From contig CATOCA020000001.1 of NCBI GenBank assembly GCA_951406725.2, positions 10,664,001 to 10,728,000 of the forward strand: a stretch of 64,000 nucleotides of DNA, given 5' to 3'. The notes beneath the pieces were generated by a model. It saw nothing but the letters and a program-made list of their open reading frames with translations, was not told the origin of the DNA and ran no database searches. The position numbers and the translations under genes are program-made. This DNA comes from Octopus vulgaris (lineage: Eukaryota). Of the stretch, positions 1-16,963 are shown in pieces (position 1 is the first letter of the stretch; the number at the start of each line of letters is the position of its first letter).

Positions 1-44
1 ATACATACATACATACGTACATATATATATAAATATATATATAT

Positions 45-102
<58 letters not shown>

Positions 103-248
103 AGAGAGAGAGGGGAGAGAGATAGAGAGAAAGAGAGAGTATGTCCCGAATTTAAGGCAATTGGGCTTAAATGACAATATATAAATGTGGTAAGTTGTGA
201 AAATCATACAACATTATAAAAGTTTTGTGTCCCTTCCTTTTCTTTCAG

Positions 249-303
249 ACTAAAGAAGTAAAGTTTTATTTATTAAGTAATGGCTACAGAACGAAATACA
301 ATC
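249..303 (+). other. Candidate 55-nt spliced exon, repeated in every unit (6368-6422, 12482-12536, 18577-18631, 24763-24817, 33360-33414, 39663-39717, 48205-48259)
   Basis: Polypyrimidine tract TGTCCCTTCCTTTTCTTTCAG upstream and GTAAGC donor downstream. Contains ATG GCT ACA GAA CGA AAT ACA ATC (MATERNTI), or reads TKEVKFYLLSNGYRTKYN in another frame. Confidence 0.4.
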
Positions 304-432
304 GTAAGCCACAGTAATACACAGGCACACACACATACATGAATATATATTTGTAAATAAATATATCCCTACATATATGCATACATACATTCATAAATGG
401 TTGCACACACCTAAACACTTGCACACAAATAT

Positions 433-629
433 ACTCTTTTACTTGTTTCAGTCAGTTGACTGTGGCCATGCTGGAGCACCGCCTTTAATCGAGCAAATCG
501 ACCCCGGGACTTATTCTTTTTGTAAGCCCGGTACTTATTCTATCGGTCTCTTTTTGCCGAACCGCTAAGTAACGGGGACGGAATCACACCAGCATCGGTT
601 GTCAAGTAATACTAGGGGAACAAACACAG

Positions 630-670
<41 letters not shown>

Positions 671-799
671 CGACAGGCTTCTTTCAGTTTCTGTCTACCA
701 AATCCACTCACAAGGCATTGGACGGCCCGGGGCTATAGCAGAAAACTCTTGCCCAAGATGCCACGCAGTGGGACTGAACCCGGAACCATGTGGTTGGTT
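433..799 (-). mobile_element. tRNA/CORE-type SINE with head truncated by deletion (also ~6552-6916, 12666-13031, 18761-19132, 33545-33910)
   Basis: Minus strand shows B-box-like GGTTCAGTCCC, CORE-like CATCTTGGGCAAG and tail GGTGCTCCAGCATGGCC...GAAACAAGTAAAAGAG. The A-box part is missing. Confidence 0.85.
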
Positions 800-811
800 A
801 TATATGTATGT

Positions 812-1072
812 ATTTGCTTGCTTTTTAAGTCTAGTAGTTATTCTATCGGGAGCTTTGGCCGAACCGCAAAGTTACGGGGACCTAAACACAACAGCATTGG
901 TTGTGAAGCGATAGTGCGTTGTTAAACGCTAGCACAAACACATATATATACATCCGATGGGCTTCTTTCGGTCAGCCCGTGGCTATAGAATAAGACACTC
1001 GCCAAAGGTGCCACGCAGTGAGATTGAACTCAGAACAATATGGTAGGCAAGCAAGCTTCTCACCACACAGCC
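812..1072 (-). mobile_element. Older, diverged copy of the same SINE family with internal deletion (present in each full unit)
   Basis: Minus-strand head GGCTGTGTGGTGAGAAGCTTGC...GAGTTCAATCTCACTGCGTGGCACCTTTGGCGAGTGTCTT matches the SINE consensus seen elsewhere in the window. Confidence 0.75.
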
Positions 1073-1151
1073 ACGTGTCACTTTTCAGCTTTCTATATAT
1101 GAATGTATATATTTGTATATATAAATATATTATGAGCACAAGTACATCGGG

Positions 1152-1232
<81 letters not shown>

Positions 1233-1496
1233 AGAGAGTGTGATAGATAGATATATATATACATACATACATGCGCATATATATACACATACACAAACAC
1301 AAAAAATCGAAACAGTCGCCCACACGCATGCACGGGCACACACACACATAGCCTCAATTACTGCTATGTCTTGATAACCACATATCCTGTTGGTATTATT
1401 TATAGCTATTTGCTGGGAGCCTACATTCTGGGTTCGAATTCTATTAATGCCAACACTACTTTATCATTTCAGGGTTGACGAAATAACAAGGATGAA

Positions 1497-1616
<120 letters not shown>

Positions 1617-1627
1617 TATATATTTGC

Positions 1628-1672
<45 letters not shown>

Positions 1673-1676
1673 TATA

Positions 1677-1724
<48 letters not shown>

Positions 1725-2175
1725 TACTTGCATGTATATAAATATATATATATACATACACATATACATACATATATATATATGCACACACACATATATA
1801 TATATATAAGTAAATATATAGATATATATATACACACATATATACATGTATATATATACACACACACATATATATATACATATATATATATAAATAAATA
1901 TATATATATATATATTGTTAAAATCATCATAGCATATTTCTAAGGAGTTGTTTTGCTGCTATTTCTAGCATTTAAATTGTCTTCCACAATGTCCTTCTTT
2001 GCTGGGAGCGAGTCAGACAGAGAGTGAGAAAGAGTCAAAAAGTGAGTGAGAATGAACATTGAACAGCTTTATAGAGAGGGGGATTAGATAAACTAGATTG
2101 TCTACCTGTTTTGACTTAAGATTGACTTAAGGTTGTTTTAGAGTCAGATAATGGCTGCTATTTTCAGCATGGTGG

Positions 2176-2207
<32 letters not shown>

Positions 2208-2218
2208 TTAGTATATAA

Positions 2219-2264
<46 letters not shown>

Positions 2265-2280
2265 TTAAAAAAATGTTTTT

Positions 2281-2902
2281 GCCCGAAGGCCGCGGCCATG
2301 CTGGGGCACCACCGCTGAATGAGCTACACTAGTTTGTGAATCCACCTCTGATACGTGGCACTTGATCAACAAGGGAGTTCGATGCTGCTGCCCGCATCCG
2401 CGTCTCCTGTCGTGAGGTAGGTTCATCTGGGACTCCCAACAAGAAGAGATCCAGTTTAGTTTTAAAGAAACCCACATCCACACCATGTAAGTCTCTCAGG
2501 CATTTAGGGAGGATGTTAAAGAGCTGTGGTCCTCTGAAACCCAAGCTGTTGCAGTATCTGGGCCTGTATTTTGATGGTGATGTTGGAATCCTTGGCACCA
2601 CGCAGCGGCGCCCCGTTCTGCGGTTGGAGTAACTTTGAATGCCAAATTTTGGGACAAGACCCTCCAGGATTTTCCAGATGTATATCACTGCATATCTCTC
2701 CCGCCTCCGCTCTAGGGAGAAGAGGTTTAATACCTTCAGTCTTTCCCAGTAGCTGATATTTTGCATTGAGACGATTTTCTTTGTGTAGCTTCTCTGAATT
2801 GCTTCGAGTTCTGCTGTTTGTTTTATATTGTGTGGTGACCAAAGTTGGGAGCAGTAGTCCAAGCGGCTGAGGACGAATGTTTTCCATAGGACCATCAGTG
2901 GT

Positions 2903-2904
<2 letters not shown>
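2281..2904 (-). mobile_element. 5'-truncated non-LTR retrotransposon (CR1/L2-group LINE): ORF2 C-terminus + 3' UTR
   Basis: [23 protein letters not shown]...[12 protein letters not shown]...[21 protein letters not shown]...FNILP is the typical post-RT C-terminus of CR1/L2-group ORF2. It is flanked by (TA)n. Confidence 0.9.
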
Positions 2905-2998
<94 letters not shown>

Positions 2999-2999
2999 C

Positions 3000-3107
<108 letters not shown>

Positions 3108-3692
3108 CATACATATATATATATATAATGGAAATTTATTAAATAATTGTGAAATAGTCATAAAGATATTTACAAAAATTTATTAAGTAAGCACTTGTTG
3201 ATAGTGTCTGTCGAAATATTAGCAACGTAGATGAGATCAGATCAAAGATCAATACCGGAGGTTTTATTGTACAAATTCTGTGTCATTGATTCTTTTACTA
3301 GTTTTCATAAATCTACCTTTCTTTAGAGAATCAATTTATTTTTCATATAAAGAGCCCCCCACCCTAGCTGGGGTATGATCCACAGATTTGTAGCTCAAGA
3401 TGTAAGCAGAGGAATATAGCTAACCTAGAGACACAACACGATGACTGTTGTTAGGTTTATTAGTGTCAAGAAGAACATTCAGCTATAAATAATACTTTTA
3501 CAATGTGTTTATATATTTTGGTAGTTCTGACTTTATGAATTCCTCCTAGCGTGTGGCATTTATGTATAGTAATGCCCTCTATATAATATAAAAAAATACA
3601 TTTAAATGAAAAAGATGGTGGATTTTTCTCTTAAGACGCTTTTCACGCTAACTACTTGATAAATCCTTATAAAGATTTTATACTATCTCTAA

Positions 3693-3736
<44 letters not shown>

Positions 3737-3900
3737 GGAGTAAACACATAAATGTGAAACAAGGTGGAAAAAAAGAGTACTCAAATACCAGTGGTAGAGT
3801 AATATGCTTTATAAAGTATATATTATATATATATAGATAGATAGATAAATAGCTAGATGTATAGATATATGTGTACATATATATATATGTATATATATAT

Positions 3901-4303
3901 ACTCTTTACTCTTTTACTCTTTTACTTGTTTCAGTCATTTGAGTGCGGCCATGCTGGAGCAACGCCTTTAGTCGAGCAAATCGACCCCGGGACTTAATCT
4001 TTGTAAGCCCAATACTTATTCTATCGGTCTGTTTTTCCAAACCGCTAAGTGACGGGGACGTAAACACACCAGAATCGGTTGTAAAGCAATGCTAGGGGGA
4101 CAAACACAGACACACAAAAATATACACACACACTTATACATATATACATATATACGACAGGCTTCTTTCAGTTTCCGTCTACGAAATCCACTCACAAGGC
4201 ATTGGTCGGCCCGAGGCTATAGCAGAAGACACTTGCCCAAGATGCCACGCAGTGTGACTGAACCCGGAACCATGTAGTTTGTTAGCAAGCTACTTACCAC
4301 ACA

Positions 4304-4306
<3 letters not shown>
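3901..4306 (-). mobile_element. Near full-length tRNA/CORE-type SINE (also ~10019-10424, 16142-16542, 22239-22645, 30895-31300, 37027-37432, 45751-46152)
   Basis: Head GGCTGTGTGGTAAGTAGCTTGC...GGTTCCGGGTTCAGTC, CORE-like ATCTTGGGCAAGTGTCTT, internal (TA/TG)n, (GTAAAAGA)n tail. Confidence 0.88.
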
Positions 4307-4345
<39 letters not shown>

Positions 4346-4424
4346 TAGATAGATAGATAGATAGATAGATGTTTAGATATATAAGTATATATATATATAT
4401 GTGCATATATATATATATATATAT

Positions 4425-4494
<70 letters not shown>

Positions 4495-4504
4495 GTATAT
4501 ATGT

Positions 4505-4552
<48 letters not shown>

Positions 4553-4675
4553 AATTGAGGGTAAAATTATCTGAGAGAAATTTTCTTTAAGTAGTGGAAA
4601 TGGCAAAAAAACTTTTTTGGGGCTGCTATTTCTAGCAAGTTCAGTATGTGGCAAAGTAATTTATTTTACTAAGCC

Positions 4676-4738
<63 letters not shown>

Positions 4739-4950
4739 GTCTCTCTCTACTCGCTAACACTCACGCTACAATATACACACATATAACTTTAATCAAACAT
4801 ACATTCACCCTACATGTATGTATGTATGTATGTATGTATGAATGTATGTATGTATCTATGAATGAATGTATGCATGTATGCATGTATGTATGTATGTATG
4901 CATATTTATATATATATGTATGTATGTATGCACATTAAAATACACATGTA

Positions 4951-5615
<665 letters not shown>

Positions 5616-5940
5616 TATCGACTGGTCCCCTCCCGAAAATTTTCGGGCCTTGTGTATGTATGTATGCGTGAGTGTATGTATGTATGTATGATCTATGTAT
5701 ATATGTTTCTGTGTGTGTATGTAAGATGCATGTATATATGTTTCTTATTGTGTATACATGCAATTATGTATATTTCTATGTATGTATATGATTTGTATAA
5801 ATGAAGAAAGTGAGAGAGAGCGGAAGAGAAGGAGAGAGACAGGAAAGATGAAAACTAAAAAAATAGGACTTCTTGGGAGTGATATATAAAATATTTATAT
5901 ATGTAAATAGAAAGAAACAAAACACTGATGAACATCCAAG

Positions 5941-5972
<32 letters not shown>

Positions 5973-6034
5973 AATGTATCTACGTATATACGTATGTAAA
6001 TATATATATATTTATGTACATATATATGTATATA

Positions 6035-6072
<38 letters not shown>

Positions 6073-6104
6073 TATATATATATATATACGTACATATATA
6101 TATT

Positions 6105-6140
<36 letters not shown>

Positions 6141-6174
6141 CATACATACGTACATATATATATAAATATATATA

Positions 6175-6220
<46 letters not shown>

Positions 6221-6748
6221 AGAGAGAGAGAGGGAGAGAGATAGAGAGAAAGAGAGAGTATGTCCCGAATTTAAGGCAATTGGGCTTAAATGACAATATA
6301 TAAATGTGGTAAGTTGTGAAAATCATACAACATTATAAAAGTTTTGTGTCCCTTCCTTTTCTTTCAGACTAAAGAAATAAAGTTTTATTTATTAAGTAAT
6401 GGCTACAGAACGAAATACAATCGTAAGCCACAGTAATACACAGGCACACACACATACATGAATATATATTTGTAAATAAATATATCCCTACATATATGCA
6501 TACATACATTCATAAATGGTTGCACACACCTAAACACTTGCACACAAATATACTCTTTTACTTGTTTCAGTCAGTTGACTGTGGCCATGCTGGAGCACCG
6601 CCTTTAATCGAGCAAATCGACCCCGGGACTTATTCTTTTTGTAAGCCCGGTACTTATTCTATCGGTCTCTTTTTGCCGAACCGCTAAGTAACGGGGACGG
6701 AATCACACCAGCATCGGTTGTCAAGTAATACTAGGGGAACAAACACAG

Positions 6749-6789
<41 letters not shown>

Positions 6790-7268
6790 ACAGGCTTCTT
6801 TCAGTTTCTGTCTACCAAATCCACTCACAAGGCATTGGACGGCCCGGGGCTATAGCAGAAAACTCTTGCCCAAGATGCCACGCAGTGGGACTGAACCCGG
6901 AACCATGTGGTTGGTTATATATGTATGTATTTGCTTGCTTTTTAAGTCTAGTAGTTATTCTATCGGGAGCTTTGGCCGAACCGCAAAGTTACGGGGACCT
7001 AAACACAACAGCATTGGTTGTGAAGCGATAGTGCGTTGTTAAACGCTAGCACAAACACATATATATACATCCGATGGGCTTCTTTCGGTCAGCCCGTGGC
7101 TATAGAATAAGACACTCGCCAAAGGTGCCACGCAGTGAGATTGAACTCAGAACAATATGGTAGGCAAGCAAGCTTCTCACCACACAGCCACGTGTCACTT
7201 TTCAGCTTTCTATATATGAATGTATATATTTGTATATATAAATATATTATGAGCACAAGTACATCGGG

Positions 7269-7354
<86 letters not shown>

Positions 7355-7611
7355 TGTGATAGATAGATATATATATACATACATACATGCGCATATATAT
7401 ACACATACACAAACACAAAAATCGAAACAGTCGCCCACACGCATGCACGGGCACACACACACATAGCCTCAATTACTGCTATGTCTTGATAACCACATAT
7501 CCTGTTGGTATTATTTATAGCTATTTGCTGGGAGCCTACATTCTGGGTTCGAATTCTATTAATGCCAACACTACTTTATCATTTCAGGGTTGACGAAATA
7601 ACAAGGATGAA

Positions 7612-7731
<120 letters not shown>

Positions 7732-7742
7732 TATATATTTGC

Positions 7743-7787
<45 letters not shown>

Positions 7788-7791
7788 TATA

Positions 7792-7839
<48 letters not shown>

Positions 7840-8290
7840 TACTTGCATGTATATAAATATATATATATACATACACATATACATACATATATATATATGC
7901 ACACACACATATATATATATATAAGTAAATATATAGATATATATATACACACATATATACATGTATATATATACACACACACATATATATATACATATAT
8001 ATATATAAATAAATATATATATATATATATTGTTAAAATCATCATAGCATATTTCTAAGGAGTTGTTTTGCTGCTATTTCTAGCATTTAAATTGTCTTCC
8101 ACAATGTCCTTCTTTGCTGGGAGCGAGTCAGACAGAGAGTGAGAAAGAGTCAAAAAGTGAGTGAGAATGAACATTGAACAGCTTTATAGAGAGGGGGATT
8201 AGATAAACTAGATTGTCTACCTGTTTTGACTTAAGATTGACTTAAGGTTGTTTTAGAGTCAGATAATGGCTGCTATTTTCAGCATGGTGG

Positions 8291-8322
<32 letters not shown>

Positions 8323-8333
8323 TTAGTATATAA

Positions 8334-8379
<46 letters not shown>

Positions 8380-8395
8380 TTAAAAAAATGTTTTT

Positions 8396-9017
8396 GCCCG
8401 AAGGCCGCGGCCATGCTGGGGCACCACCGCTGAATGAGCTACACTAGTTTGTGAATCCACCTCTGATACGTGGCACTTGATCAACAAGGGAGTTCGATGC
8501 TGCTGCCCGCATCCGCGTCTCCTGTCGTGAGGTAGGTTCATCTGGGACTCCCAACAAGAAGAGATCCAGTTTAGTTTTAAAGAAACCCACATCCACACCA
8601 TGTAAGTCTCTCAGGCATTTAGGGAGGATGTTAAAGAGCTGTGGTCCTCTGAAACCCAAGCTGTTGCAGTATCTGGGCCTGTATTTTGATGGTGATGTTG
8701 GAATCCTTGGCACCACGCAGCGGCGCCCCGTTCTGCGGTTGGAGTAACTTTGAATGCCAAATTTTGGGACAAGACCCTCCAGGATTTTCCAGATGTATAT
8801 CACTGCATATCTCTCCCGCCTCCGCTCTAGGGAGAAGAGGTTTAATACCTTCAGTCTTTCCCAGTAGCTGATATTTTGCATTGAGACGATTTTCTTTGTG
8901 TAGCTTCTCTGAATTGCTTCGAGTTCTGCTGTTTGTTTTATATTGTGTGGTGACCAAAGTTGGGAGCAGTAGTCCAAGCGGCTGAGGACGAATGTTTTCC
9001 ATAGGACCATCAGTGGT

Positions 9018-9019
<2 letters not shown>
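8396..9019 (-). mobile_element. CR1/L2-group LINE 3' fragment, unit 2 copy
   Basis: Same peptide and 3' end as 2281-2904. Confidence 0.9.
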
Positions 9020-9112
<93 letters not shown>

Positions 9113-9137
9113 GTATATACATATATATATATATATG

Positions 9138-9223
<86 letters not shown>

Positions 9224-9808
9224 CATACATATATATATATATAATGGAAATTTATTAAATAATTGTGAAATAGTCATAAAGATATTTACAAAAATTTATT
9301 AAGTAAGCACTTGTTGATAGTGTCTGTCGAAATATTAGCAACGTAGATGAGATCAGATCAAAGATCAATACCGGAGGTTTTATTGTACAAATTCTGTGTC
9401 ATTGATTCTTTTACTAGTTTTCATAAATCTACCTTTCTTTAGAGAATCAATTTATTTTTCATATAAAGAGCCCCCCACCCTAGCTGGGGTATGATCCACA
9501 GATTTGTAGCTCAAGATGTAAGCAGAGGAATATAGCTAACCTAGAGACACAACACGATGACTGTTGTTAGGTTTATTAGTGTCAAGAAGAACATTCAGCT
9601 ATAAATAATACTTTTACAATGTGTTTATATATTTTGGTAGTTCTGACTTTATGAATTCCTCCTAGCGTGTGGCATTTATGTATAGTAATGCCCTCTATAT
9701 AATATAAAAAAATACATTTAAATGAAAAAGATGGTGGATTTTTCTCTTAAGACGCTTTTCACGCTAACTACTTGATAAATCCTTATAAAGATTTTATACT
9801 ATCTCTAA

Positions 9809-9854
<46 letters not shown>

Positions 9855-10421
9855 GGAGTAAACACATAAATGTGAAACAAGGTGGAAAAAAAGAGTACTC
9901 AAATACCAGTGGTAGAGTAATATGCTTTATAAAGTATATATTATATATATATAGATAGATAGATAAATAGCTAGATGTATAGATATATGTGTACATATAT
10001 ATATATGTATATATATATACTCTTTACTCTTTTACTCTTTTACTTGTTTCAGTCATTTGAGTGCGGCCATGCTGGAGCAACGCCTTTAGTCGAGCAAATC
10101 GACCCCGGGACTTAATCTTTGTAAGCCCAATACTTATTCTATCGGTCTGTTTTTCCAAACCGCTAAGTGACGGGGACGTAAACACACCAGAATCGGTTGT
10201 AAAGCAATGCTAGGGGGACAAACACAGACACACAAAAATATACACACACACTTATACATATATACATATATACGACAGGCTTCTTTCAGTTTCCGTCTAC
10301 GAAATCCACTCACAAGGCATTGGTCGGCCCGAGGCTATAGCAGAAGACACTTGCCCAAGATGCCACGCAGTGTGACTGAACCCGGAACCATGTAGTTTGT
10401 TAGCAAGCTACTTACCACACA

Positions 10422-10463
<42 letters not shown>

Positions 10464-10540
10464 TAGATAGATAGATAGATAGATAGATGTTTAGATATAT
10501 AAGTATATATATATATATGTGCATATATATATATATATAT

Positions 10541-10598
<58 letters not shown>

Positions 10599-10608
10599 GT
10601 ATATATGT

Positions 10609-10660
<52 letters not shown>

Positions 10661-10788
10661 AATTGAGGGTAAAATTATCTGAGAGAAATTTTCTTTAAGT
10701 AGTGGAAATGGCAAAAAAACTTTTTTGGGGCTGCTATTTCTAGCAAGTTCAGTATGTGGCAAAGTAATTTATTTTACTAAGCCCTAAT

Positions 10789-10850
<62 letters not shown>

Positions 10851-11248
10851 GTCTCTCTCTACTCGCTAACACTCACGCTACAATATACACACATATAACT
10901 TTAATCAAACATACATTCACCCTACATGTATGTATGTATGTATGTATGTATGAATGTATGTATGTATCTATGAATGAATGTATGCATGTATGCATGTATG
11001 TATGTATGTATGCATATTTATATATATATGTATGTATGTATGCACATTAAAATACACATGTATTCCCTAGAGAACATTCTTTCTTTGTAGTTTGATCGTA
11101 GGTGATCTATTTCTAGCATATGGCTGTCCACATAGTGGCTTTTAGCCCTTAATATACACATGTGTATATATATGAATATATATATGCATGTATATGTGTG
11201 TGTGTGTATGCATACATACATACATATATACATACACACACATATATA

Positions 11249-11284
<36 letters not shown>

Positions 11285-11312
11285 TGTATGTATGCATACA
11301 CACACATATATG

Positions 11313-11470
<158 letters not shown>

Positions 11471-12044
11471 TATATATATATTTAAATAATGAGGGAGATG
11501 AATTGAATATTAATTTAATTAATATCAATTTAAAACCAGTTGCCTAGCATAAAAAAGTCTGAAAAATCAGAGAAAATTCTAATATATGTGTATATTAAGA
11601 GCTAAAAACCACTATGTGGACAGCTATATGCTAGAAATAGATCACCTACTATCAAACTACAAAGAAAGAATATTCTCTAGGGAACATTCTTTCTTTGTAG
11701 TTTGATTGTAGGTGATCTTATCGACTGGTCCCCTCCCCGAAAATTTTCGGGCCTTGTGTATGTATGTATGCGTGAGTGTATGTATGTATGTATGATCTAT
11801 GTATATATGTTTCTGTGTGTGTATGTAAGATGCATGTATATATGTTTCTTATTGTGTATACATGCAATTATGTATATTTCTATGTATGTATATGATTTGT
11901 ATAAATGAAGAAAGTGAGAGAGAGCGGAAGAGAAGGAGAGAGACAGGAAAGATGAAAACTAAAAAAATAGGACTTCTTGGGAGTGATATATAAAATATTT
12001 ATATATGTAAATAGAAAGAAACAAAACACTGATGAACATCCAAG

Positions 12045-12076
<32 letters not shown>

Positions 12077-12138
12077 AATGTATCTACGTATATACGTATG
12101 TAAATATATATATATTTATGTACATATATATGTATATA

Positions 12139-12178
<40 letters not shown>

Positions 12179-12210
12179 TATATATATATATATACGTACA
12201 TATATATATT

Positions 12211-12246
<36 letters not shown>

Positions 12247-12286
12247 CATACATACGTACATATATATATAAATATATATATATTTA

Positions 12287-12336
<50 letters not shown>

Positions 12337-12862
12337 AGAGAGAGAGGGAGAGAGATAGAGAGAAAGAGAGAGTATGTCCCGAATTTAAGGCAATTGGGCT
12401 TAAATGACAATATATAAATGTGGTAAGTTGTGAAAATCATACAACATTATAAAAGTTTTGTGTCCCTTCCTTTTCTTTCAGACTAAAGAAGTAAAGTTTT
12501 ATTTATTAAGTAATGGCTACAGAACGAAATACAATCGTAAGCCACAGTAATACACAGGCACACACACATACATGAATATATATTTGTAAATAAATATATC
12601 CCTACATATATGCATACATACATTCATAAATGGTTGCACACACCTAAACACTTGCACACAAATATACTCTTTTACTTGTTTCAGTCAGTTGACTGTGGCC
12701 ATGCTGGAGCACCGCCTTTAATCGAGCAAATCGACCCCGGGACTTATTCTTTTTGTAAGCCCGGTACTTATTCTATCGGTCTCTTTTTGCCGAACCGCTA
12801 AGTAACGGGGACGGAATCACACCAGCATCGGTTGTCAAGTAATACTAGGGGAACAAACACAG

Positions 12863-12903
<41 letters not shown>

Positions 12904-13382
12904 ACAGGCTTCTTTCAGTTTCTGTCTACCAAATCCACTCACAAGGCATTGGACGGCCCGGGGCTATAGCAGAAAACTCTTGCCCAAGATGCCACGCAGT
13001 GGGACTGAACCCGGAACCATGTGGTTGGTTATATATGTATGTATTTGCTTGCTTTTTAAGTCTAGTAGTTATTCTATCGGGAGCTTTGGCCGAACCGCAA
13101 AGTTACGGGGACCTAAACACAACAGCATTGGTTGTGAAGCGATAGTGCGTTGTTAAACGCTAGCACAAACACATATATATACATCCGATGGGCTTCTTTC
13201 GGTCAGCCCGTGGCTATAGAATAAGACACTCGCCAAAGGTGCCACGCAGTGAGATTGAACTCAGAACAATATGGTAGGCAAGCAAGCTTCTCACCACACA
13301 GCCACGTGTCACTTTTCAGCTTTCTATATATGAATGTATATATTTGTATATATAAATATATTATGAGCACAAGTACATCGGG

Positions 13383-13472
<90 letters not shown>

Positions 13473-13728
13473 TGTGATAGATAGATATATATATACATAC
13501 ATACATGCGCATATATATACACATACACAAACACAAAAAATCGAAACAGTCGCCCACACGCATGCACGGGCACACACACACATAGCCTCAATTACTGCTA
13601 TGTCTTGATAACCACATATCCTGTTGGTATTATTTATAGCTATTTGCTGGGAGCCTACATTCTGGGTTCGAATTCTATTAATGCCAACACTACTTTATCA
13701 TTTCAGGGTTGACGAAATAACAAGGATG

Positions 13729-13843
<115 letters not shown>

Positions 13844-13851
13844 TATATATT

Positions 13852-13899
<48 letters not shown>

Positions 13900-13903
13900 T
13901 ATA

Positions 13904-13949
<46 letters not shown>

Positions 13950-14400
13950 TACTTGCATGTATATAAATATATATATATACATACACATATACATACATAT
14001 ATATATATGCACACACACATATATATATATATAAGTAAATATATAGATATATATATACACACATATATACATGTATATATATACACACACACATATATAT
14101 ATACATATATATATATAAATAAATATATATATATATATATTGTTAAAATCATCATAGCATATTTCTAAGGAGTTGTTTTGCTGCTATTTCTAGCATTTAA
14201 ATTGTCTTCCACAATGTCCTTCTTTGCTGGGAGCGAGTCAGACAGAGAGTGAGAAAGAGTCAAAAAGTGAGTGAGAATGAACATTGAACAGCTTTATAGA
14301 GAGGGGGATTAGATAAACTAGATTGTCTACCTGTTTTGACTTAAGATTGACTTAAGGTTGTTTTAGAGTCAGATAATGGCTGCTATTTTCAGCATGGTGG

Positions 14401-14432
<32 letters not shown>

Positions 14433-14443
14433 TTAGTATATAA

Positions 14444-14491
<48 letters not shown>

Positions 14492-14507
14492 TTAAAAAAA
14501 TGTTTTT

Positions 14508-15231
<724 letters not shown>

Positions 15232-15280
15232 CATATATATATATATATGTATATACATATATATATATATATATGTATAT

Positions 15281-15337
<57 letters not shown>

Positions 15338-15921
15338 CATACATATATATATATATAATGGAAATTTATTAAATAATTGTGAAATAGTCATAAAGATATT
15401 TACAAAAATTTATTAAGTAAGCACTTGTTGATAGTGTCTGTCGAAATATTAGCAACGTAGATGAGATCAGATCAAAGATCAATACCGGAGGTTTTATTGT
15501 ACAAATTCTGTGTCATTGATTCTTTTACTAGTTTTCATAAATCTACCTTTCTTTAGAGAATCAATTTATTTTTCATATAAAGAGCCCCCCACCTAGCTGG
15601 GGTATGATCCACAGATTTGTAGCTCAAGATGTAAGCAGAGGAATATAGCTAACCTAGAGACACAACACGATGACTGTTGTTAGGTTTATTAGTGTCAAGA
15701 AGAACATTCAGCTATAAATAATACTTTTACAATGTGTTTATATATTTTGGTAGTTCTGACTTTATGAATTCCTCCTAGCGTGTGGCATTTATGTATAGTA
15801 ATGCCCTCTATATAATATAAAAAAATACATTTAAATGAAAAAGATGGTGGATTTTTCTCTTAAGACGCTTTTCACGCTAACTACTTGATAAATCCTTATA
15901 AAGATTTTATACTATCTCTAA

Positions 15922-15977
<56 letters not shown>

Positions 15978-16540
15978 GGAGTAAACACATAAATGTGAAA
16001 CAAGGTGGAAAAAAAGAGTACTCAAATACCAGTGGTAGAGTAATATGCTTTATAAAGTATATATTATATATATATAGATAGATAGATAAATAGCTAGATG
16101 TATAGATATATGTGTACATATATATATATGTATATATATATACTCTTTACTCTTTTACTCTTTTACTTGTTTCAGTCATTTGAGTGCGGCCATGCTGGAG
16201 CAACGCCTTTAGTCGAGCAAATCGACCCCGGGACTTAATCTTTGTAAGCCCAGTACTTATTCTATCGGTCTGTTTTTCCAAACCGCTAATGGCGGGGACG
16301 TAAACACACCAGAATCGGTTGTAAAGCAATGCTAGGGGGACAAACACAGACACACAAAAATATACACACACACTTATACATATATACATATATACGACAG
16401 GCTTCTTTCAGTTTCCGTCTACGAAATCCACTCACAAGGCATTGGTCGGCCCGAGGCTATAGCAGAAGACACTTGCCCAAGATGCCACGCAGTGTGACTG
16501 AACCCGGAACCATGTAGTTTGTTAGCAAGCTACTTACCAC

Positions 16541-16580
<40 letters not shown>

Positions 16581-16655
16581 TAGATAGATAGATAGATAGA
16601 TAGATGTTTAGATATATAAGTATATATATATATATGTGCATATATATATATATAT

Positions 16656-16717
<62 letters not shown>

Positions 16718-16733
16718 GTATATATGTACACAC

Positions 16734-16778
<45 letters not shown>

Positions 16779-16907
16779 CAATTGAGGGTAAAATTATCTG
16801 AGAGAAATTTTCTTTAAGTAGTGGAAATGGCAAAAAAACTTTTTTGGGGCTGCTATTTCTAGCAAGTTCAGTATGTGGCAAAGTAATTTATTTTACTAAG
16901 CCCTAAT

Positions 16908-16963
<56 letters not shown>

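Noticed and set aside
139-186. LRR-like peptide [13 protein letters not shown] upstream of a GTAAGT
   Set aside because: Followed by an in-frame TAA in all copies, no acceptor upstream, and a single repeat only; probably chance.
377-925. ORFs such as MHTYIHKW... and MLGGQTQ... repeated in each unit
   Set aside because: They lie antisense within SINE bodies; their recurrence is explained by the array.
3327-3406. Second candidate exon (TTTCTTTAG ... GAT|GTAAGC)
   Set aside because: C-run length varies between units, stops occur in most frames, and I found no consistent phase with the 249-303 candidate.
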